A DNA stretch of 64,000 nucleotides from the human T2T-CHM13v2.0 reference genome, Homo sapiens. The notes below the pieces were generated by a model. That model saw nothing but the letters and a program-made list of their open reading frames with translations. It did not search any database and had not been told where the DNA came from. The DNA lies in the NCBI RefSeq assembly GCF_009914755.1, contig NC_060939.1. One strand, 5' to 3'. The position numbers and the translations under genes are program-made. Positions 58,401 through 64,000 of the stretch are shown piece by piece. Each line of letters opens with the position of its first letter. Position 1 is the stretch's first letter.

Positions 58401-61400
58401 CTATTCCTTTCCATTCCATTTCATTCCATTCCATTCCATTTCATTCCATTCCATTCCATTCGTATCCATTCCACTCCAGTCCATTCCATTCGTGTCCATT
58501 CCATTCCAGTCCATTCCATTTGTGTCCACTGCATTCCATTCCACTCCATTCCATATTATTCCATTACACTCCATTCCATTCTATTACTTTCATTTCCATT
58601 CAATTCCATTCCATTTGATTCCATTCCACTCGGTTTCATTCCATTTGAGTCCACTCCATTCCATTCCATTCCATTCCATTCAGTTCCATTCCATTCTGTT
58701 CCATTCCATTCCGTTCCATTACATTCCATTCCATTCGGTACCATTCCATATTGTTCCATTCGATTCCATTCGAATCCATTCCATTCCAGTCCATTCCATT
58801 CGATTCCATTCCATTCATTTCAATTCCATTCCATTCCATTCCATTACATTCCACTTGATTCCTCTCCATTCCCTTCCACTGCATTCCGTTCGATTCCATT
58901 CCATTGCATTGCATTCCATTCCATTGGATTGCATTCCATTCGATTCCATTCCATTCGAATCAATTACATAGCAATCCATTACATTCGAGTCTATTCTCTT
59001 CCGTTCCATTCGATTTCGTTCCAATCCATTCGATTCCATTCCATTCGATTCCATTCCATACTATTGCATTCCATTCGATTACATTATATTCGAATAAGTT
59101 CCATTCAAGACCATTTCTTTTGAGTCCATTCTATTTGAGTCCATTCCCTTTGATTCCATAACATTTGAGTCCATTCAATTCCATTCCTTTCGTTTCCATT
59201 CCATTTGATGCCATTCCATTCAATTCTGTTCTACTCGACTCCAATACATTCAATTCCATTCCATCCGATTCCATTACATTCTTTTCATTTCTTATCCATT
59301 TCAAGCCATTCCACTCCATTCCATTCCACTCGTTTCCTTTCCATTCGAGTCCATTCCTCTCCAGTCCATTCCGTTCAATCCATTCCATTCCAGTCCATTC
59401 CATTCGAGTCCGTTCCATTCCAGTCCATTCCATTCGAGTCAATTCCATCCCATTCGATGTCTTTCCATAACGATCCATTCCATTCTATTCCTTTCGATTC
59501 CATTCCATTCTATTTCATTCCATTCGATTCCCTTCCATTGGACTCCTTTCCATTCGAGTGCATTCCATTCCTTTCCATTTCTTTCCGTTCTGTACGATTC
59601 CTACCGTTCGATTTCATTTTGTTCCAGTCCATTCCTTTCGCGTCCATTCCATTCCATTTCACTCCATTCGATTCCATTCCACTCGATTCCACTTCGTTCC
59701 ATTTCATTGCATTCCATTCTATTCAACTCTATTGCCTTCCATTCCATTCCATTCGATTACATTCCATGCGATTCCATTCGAAATCGAATCAATTACATTG
59801 CAATCCATTACTATTGAGTCCGTTTTATTCCAGTCCACTGCATTCTGGTCCATTCCATTTGATTCCATTCCATTCTATTCCATTCCATACAGTTGCATTC
59901 CATTGGATTCCATGCTATATCTATAAATTCAATTCGAGACCATTGCTTTTGAGTCCATTCTATATGATTCCATTCCATTCAAGTCCATTACATTTGGTTC
60001 AATTCCATTCCATTCCATTCCCTTCCATTCCATTCCATTTGATATCAATCCATTCGATTCCATTCCATTCGAGCACATTCCATTCGAGTCCATTCCATTC
60101 GATGCCATTCCATTTGATTCTATTCCATTAGTCTCCATTCAATTCCATTAATCTCCATTCCATTCCATTCTACTCCAACTGATTCCATTCCATTCTATTC
60201 CTTTCCATTCCATTTCATTCCATTCCATTCCATTTCATTCCATTCCATTCCATTCGTATCCATTCCACTCCAGTCCATTCCATTCGTGTCCATTCCATTC
60301 CAGTCCATTCCATTTGTGTCCACTGCATTCCATTCCACTCCATTCCATATTATTCCATTACACTCCATTCCATTCTATTACTTTCATTTCCATTCAATTC
60401 CATTCCATTTGATTCCATTCCACTCGGTTTCATTCCATTTGAGTCCACTCCATTCCATTCCATTCCATTCCATTCAGTTCCATTCCATTCTGTTCCATTC
60501 CATTCCGTTCCATTACATTCCATTCCATTCGGTACCATTCCATATTGTTCCATTCGATTCCATTCGAATCCATTCCATTCCAGTCCATTCCATTCGATTC
60601 CATTCCATTCATTTCAATTCCATTCCATTCCATTCCATTACATTCCACTTGATTCCTCTCCATTCCCTTCCACTGCATTCCGTTCGATTCCATTCCATTG
60701 CATTGCATTCCATTCCATTGGATTGCATTCCATTCGATTCCATTCCATTCGAATCAATTACATAGCAATCCATTACATTCGAGTCTATTCTCTTCCGTTC
60801 CATTCGATTTCGTTCCAATCCATTCGATTCCATTCCATTCGATTCCATTCCATACTATTGCATTCCATTCGATTACATTATATTCGAATAAGTTCCATTC
60901 AAGACCATTTCTTTTGAGTCCATTCTATTTGAGTCCATTCCCTTTGATTCCATAACATTTGAGTCCATTCAATTCCATTCCTTTCGTTTCCATTCCATTT
61001 GATGCCATTCCATTCAATTCTGTTCTACTCGACTCCAATACATTCAATTCCATTCCATCCGATTCCATTACATTCTTTTCATTTCTTATCCATTTCAAGC
61101 CATTCCACTCCATTCCATTCCACTCGTTTCCTTTCCATTCGAGTCCATTCCTCTCCAGTCCATTCCGTTCAATCCATTCCATTCCAGTCCATTCCATTCG
61201 AGTCCGTTCCATTCCAGTCCATTCCATTCGAGTCAATTCCATCCCATTCGATGTCTTTCCATAACGATCCATTCCATTCTATTCCTTTCGATTCCATTCC
61301 ATTCTATTTCATTCCATTCGATTCCCTTCCATTGGACTCCTTTCCATTCGAGTGCATTCCATTCCGTTCCATTTCTTTCCGTTCTGTACGATTCCTACCG

Positions 61401-64000
61401 TTCGATTTCATTTTGTTCCAGTCCATTCCTTTCGCGTCCATTCCATTCCATTTCACTCCATTCGATTCCATTCCACTCGATTCCACTTCGTTCCATTTCA
61501 TTGCATTCCATTCTATTAAACTCTATTGCCTTCCATTCCATTCCATTCGATTACATTCCATGCGATTCCATTCGAAATCGAATCAATTACATTGCAATCC
61601 ATTACTATTGAGTCCGTTTTATTCCAGTCCACTGCATTCTGGTCCATTCCATTTGATTCCATTCCATTCTATTCCATTCCATACAGTTGCATTCCATTGG
61701 ATTCCATGCTATATCTATAAATTCAATTCGAGACCATTGCTTTTGAGTCCATTCTATATGATTCCATTCCATTCAAGTCCATTACATTTGGTTCAATTCC
61801 ATTCCATTCCATTCCCTTCCATTCCATTCCATTTGATATCAATCCATTCGATTCCATTCCATTCGAGCACATTCCATTCGAGTCCATTCCATTCGATGCC
61901 ATTCCATTTGATTCTATTCCATTAGTCTCCATTCAATTCCATTAATCTCCATTCCATTCCATTCTATTCCAACTGATTCCATTCCATTCTATTCCTTTCC
62001 ATTCCATTTCATTCCATTCCATTCCATTTCATTCCATTCCATTCCATTCGTGTCCATTCCACTCCAGTCCATTCCATTCGTGTCCATTCCATTCCAGTCC
62101 ATTCCATTTGTGTCCACTGCATTCCATTCCACTCCATTCCATATTATTCCATTACACTCCATTCCATTCTATTACTTTCATTTCCATTCAATTCCATTCC
62201 ATTTGATTCCATTCCACTCGGTTTCATTCCATTTGAGTCCACTCCATTCCATTCCATTCCATTCCATTCAGTTCCATTCCATTCTGTTCCATTCCATTCC
62301 GTTCCATTACATTCCATTCCATTCGGTACCATTCCATATTGTTCCATTCGATTCCATTCGAATCCATTCCATTCCAGTCCATTCCATTCGATTCCATTCC
62401 ATTCATTTCAATTCCATTCCATTCCATTACATTACATTCCACTTGATTCCTCTCCATTCCCTTCCACTGCATTCCGTTCGATTCCATTCCATTGCATTGC
62501 ATTCCATTCCATTGGATTGCATTCCATTCGATTCCATTCCATTCGAATCAATTACATAGCAATCCATTACATTCGAGTCTATTCTATTCCGTTCCATTCG
62601 ATTTCGTTCCAATCCATTCGATTCCATTCCATTCGATTCCATTCCATACTATTGCATTCCATTCGATTACATTATATTCGAATAAGTTCCATTCAAGACC
62701 ATTTCTTTTGAGTCCATTCTATTTGAGTCCATTCCCTTTGATTCCATAACATTTGAGTCCATTCAATTCCATTCCTTTCGTTTCCATTCCATTTGATGCC
62801 ATTCCATTCAATTCTGTTCTACTCGACTCCAATACATTCAATTCCATTCCATCCGATTCCATTACATTCTTTTCATTTCTTATCCATTTCAAGCCATTCC
62901 ACTCCATTCCATTCCACTCATTTCCTTTCCATTCGAGTCCATTCCTCTCCAGTCCATTCCGTTCAATCCATTCCATTCCAGTCCATTCCATTCGAGTCCG
63001 TTCCATTCCAGTCCATTCCATTCGAGTCAATTCCATTCCATTCGATGTCTTTCCATAACGATCCATTCCATTCTATTCCTTTCGATTCCATTCCATTCTA
63101 TTTCATTCCATTCGATTCCCTTCCATTGGACTCCTTTCCATTCGAGTGCATTCCATTCCGTTCCATTTCTTTCCGTTCTGTACGATTCCTACCGTTCGAT
63201 TTCATTTTGTTCCAGTCCATTCCTTTCGCGTCCATTCCATTCCATTTCACTCCATTCGATTCCATTCCACTCGATTCCACTTCGTTCCATTTCATTGCAT
63301 TCCATTCTATTCAACTCTATTGCCTTCCATTCCATTCCATTCGATTACATTCCATGCGATTCCATTCGAAATCGAATCAATTACATTGCAATCCATTACT
63401 ATTGAGTCCGTTTTATTCCAGTCCACTGCATTCTGGTCCATTCCATTTGATTCCATTCCATTCTATTCCATTCCATACAGTTGCATTCCATTGGATTCCA
63501 TGCTATATCTATAAATTCAATTCGAGACCATTGCTTTTGAGTCCATTCTATATGATTCCATTCCATTCAAATCCATTACATTTGGTTCAATTCCATTCCA
63601 TTCCATTCCCTTCCATTCCATTCCATTTGATATCAATCCATTCGATTCCATTCCATTCGAGCACATTCCATTCGTGTCCATTCCATTCGATGCCATTCCA
63701 TTTGATTCTATTCCATTAGTCTCCATTCAATTCCATTAATCTCCATTCCATTCCATTCTACTCCAACTGATTCCATTCCATTCTATTCCTTTCCATTCCA
63801 TTTCATTCCATTCCATTCCATTTCATTCCATTCCATTCCATTCGTGTCCATTCCACTCCAGTCCATTCCATTCGTGTCCATTCCATTCCAGTCCATTCCA
63901 TTTGTGTCCACTGCATTCCATTCCACTCCATTCCATATTATTCCATTACACTCCATTCCATTCTATTACTTTCATTTCCATTCAATTCCATTCCATTTGA
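22400..64000 (+). repeat. Subtype B domain (about 23 units; modal 1794 bp)
   Basis: All units from 23760 on have TTCCTTTCGCG and lack the 20-bp insert. Most have CCATTTGATATC and a CATTT-interrupted pentamer tract. Confidence 0.88.
48401..62752 (+). repeat. Length-homogeneous run of eight consecutive 1794-bp units
   Basis: Landmarks at 48401, 50195, 51989, 53783, 55577, 57371, 59165, 60959 and 62753 are each exactly 1794 bp apart. Confidence 0.93.

Larger units (their letters stand above)
1249..62330. repeat. D15Z1: Probable D15Z1-type 1.8-kb KpnI satellite III (chromosome 15 short-arm heterochromatin, HSat3A5)
   Basis: One GGTACC per unit (1249, 3057, 4865, 6673, 8465, 10278, 13874 ... 60531, 62325) would release 1.8-kb KpnI monomers. 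D15Z1 is the established 1.8-kb KpnI SatIII of chr15p. DYZ1 has a 3.6-kb unit, and the chr1 1.8-kb repeat is HSat2. The identity is inferred, not aligned. Confidence 0.8.
1..64000 (+). repeat. Human satellite III (HSat3) array, diverged (CATTC)n/(GAATG)n pentamer satellite, continuing past both window ends
   Basis: Every line is CATTC/ATTCC pentamers with variants (CATTT, GATTC, GAGTC, CAGTC, CACTC). The + strand is C/T-rich throughout with no strand flip. Long pure CATTC runs and no HSat2-type TCCATTCGATGATG motif favour HSat3 over HSat2. Confidence 0.97.
1..64000 (+). repeat. ~1.8-kb higher-order repeat, about 35.6 tandem copies
   Basis: The landmark TTGAGTCCATTCAATTCCATTCCTTTCG (ORF-track 'MSPFNS') recurs at 1677, 3485, 5293, 7100, 8893, 10706, 12509, 14302, 16080, 17854, 19662, 21470, 23293, 25087, 26861, 28664, 30468, 32262, 34056, 35870, 37664, 39438, 41241, 43015, 44789, 46592, 48401, 50195, 51989, 53783, 55577, 57371, 59165, 60959 and 62753. 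Spacings are 1774-1823 bp. Confidence 0.97.

Noticed and set aside
25127-63719. Recurrent 308-325 aa ORF in subtype B units
   Set aside because: It arises because one extra C (TTCCTTTCGCG) joins the 203-aa and 167-aa frames of subtype A. It is low complexity, and stops truncate it in several units (23818, 52247, 56168). It is useful only as a subtype marker.
156-63726. Hundreds of 60-325 aa ORFs (HSIPF-rich on +, MEWNG-rich on -)
   Set aside because: (CATTC)n has no stop codon in any frame and translates to HSIPF/MEWNG repeats. The ORFs overlap in all six frames, repeat with the unit, often start at GTG/TTG, and are freely broken by indels.
1-64000. CRISPR-like array or repeat-encoded prokaryotic system
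   Set aside because: There are no unique spacers, no cas or other genes and no non-repetitive sequence. The whole 1.8-kb unit is repeated.
1-64000. Alu/L1/LTR insertion, alpha satellite, telomeric repeat or inversion
   Set aside because: All 34 landmark intervals are 1774-1823 bp, leaving no room for an insertion. No poly(A), TTAGGG or GGAAT-strand segment was seen.
1-64000. Assignment to DYZ1 (Yq12) or chr1 HSat2
   Set aside because: The period is 1.8 kb rather than 3.6 kb, and the HSat2 GATGAT-containing motif is absent. KpnI periodicity fits D15Z1 better.

Overview
The whole 64 kb is one uninterrupted, single-orientation tandem array of primate, most likely human, satellite III (HSat3). 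It is diverged (CATTC)n on the + strand and (GAATG)n on the - strand, built from about 35.6 copies of a ~1.8-kb higher-order unit (1774-1823 bp; modal 1794 bp). Almost every unit has one KpnI site (GGTACC), which matches the classical 1.8-kb KpnI satellite D15Z1 of chromosome 15p. That assignment comes from recall and was not confirmed by alignment. I found no genes, RNA genes, transposons, CRISPR arrays or inversions, and every listed ORF is an artefact of translating a pentamer repeat. I found no new gene system. The informative signal is array architecture: two interleaved unit subtypes with mappable switch points, a divergent two-unit island, super-repeats of 3, 5, 7, 10 and 11 units, an ancient internal duplication in each unit, and a slippage-prone pentamer tract whose interruption tracks with constant unit length. 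All counts and offsets were read by eye from the sequence and the ORF track.
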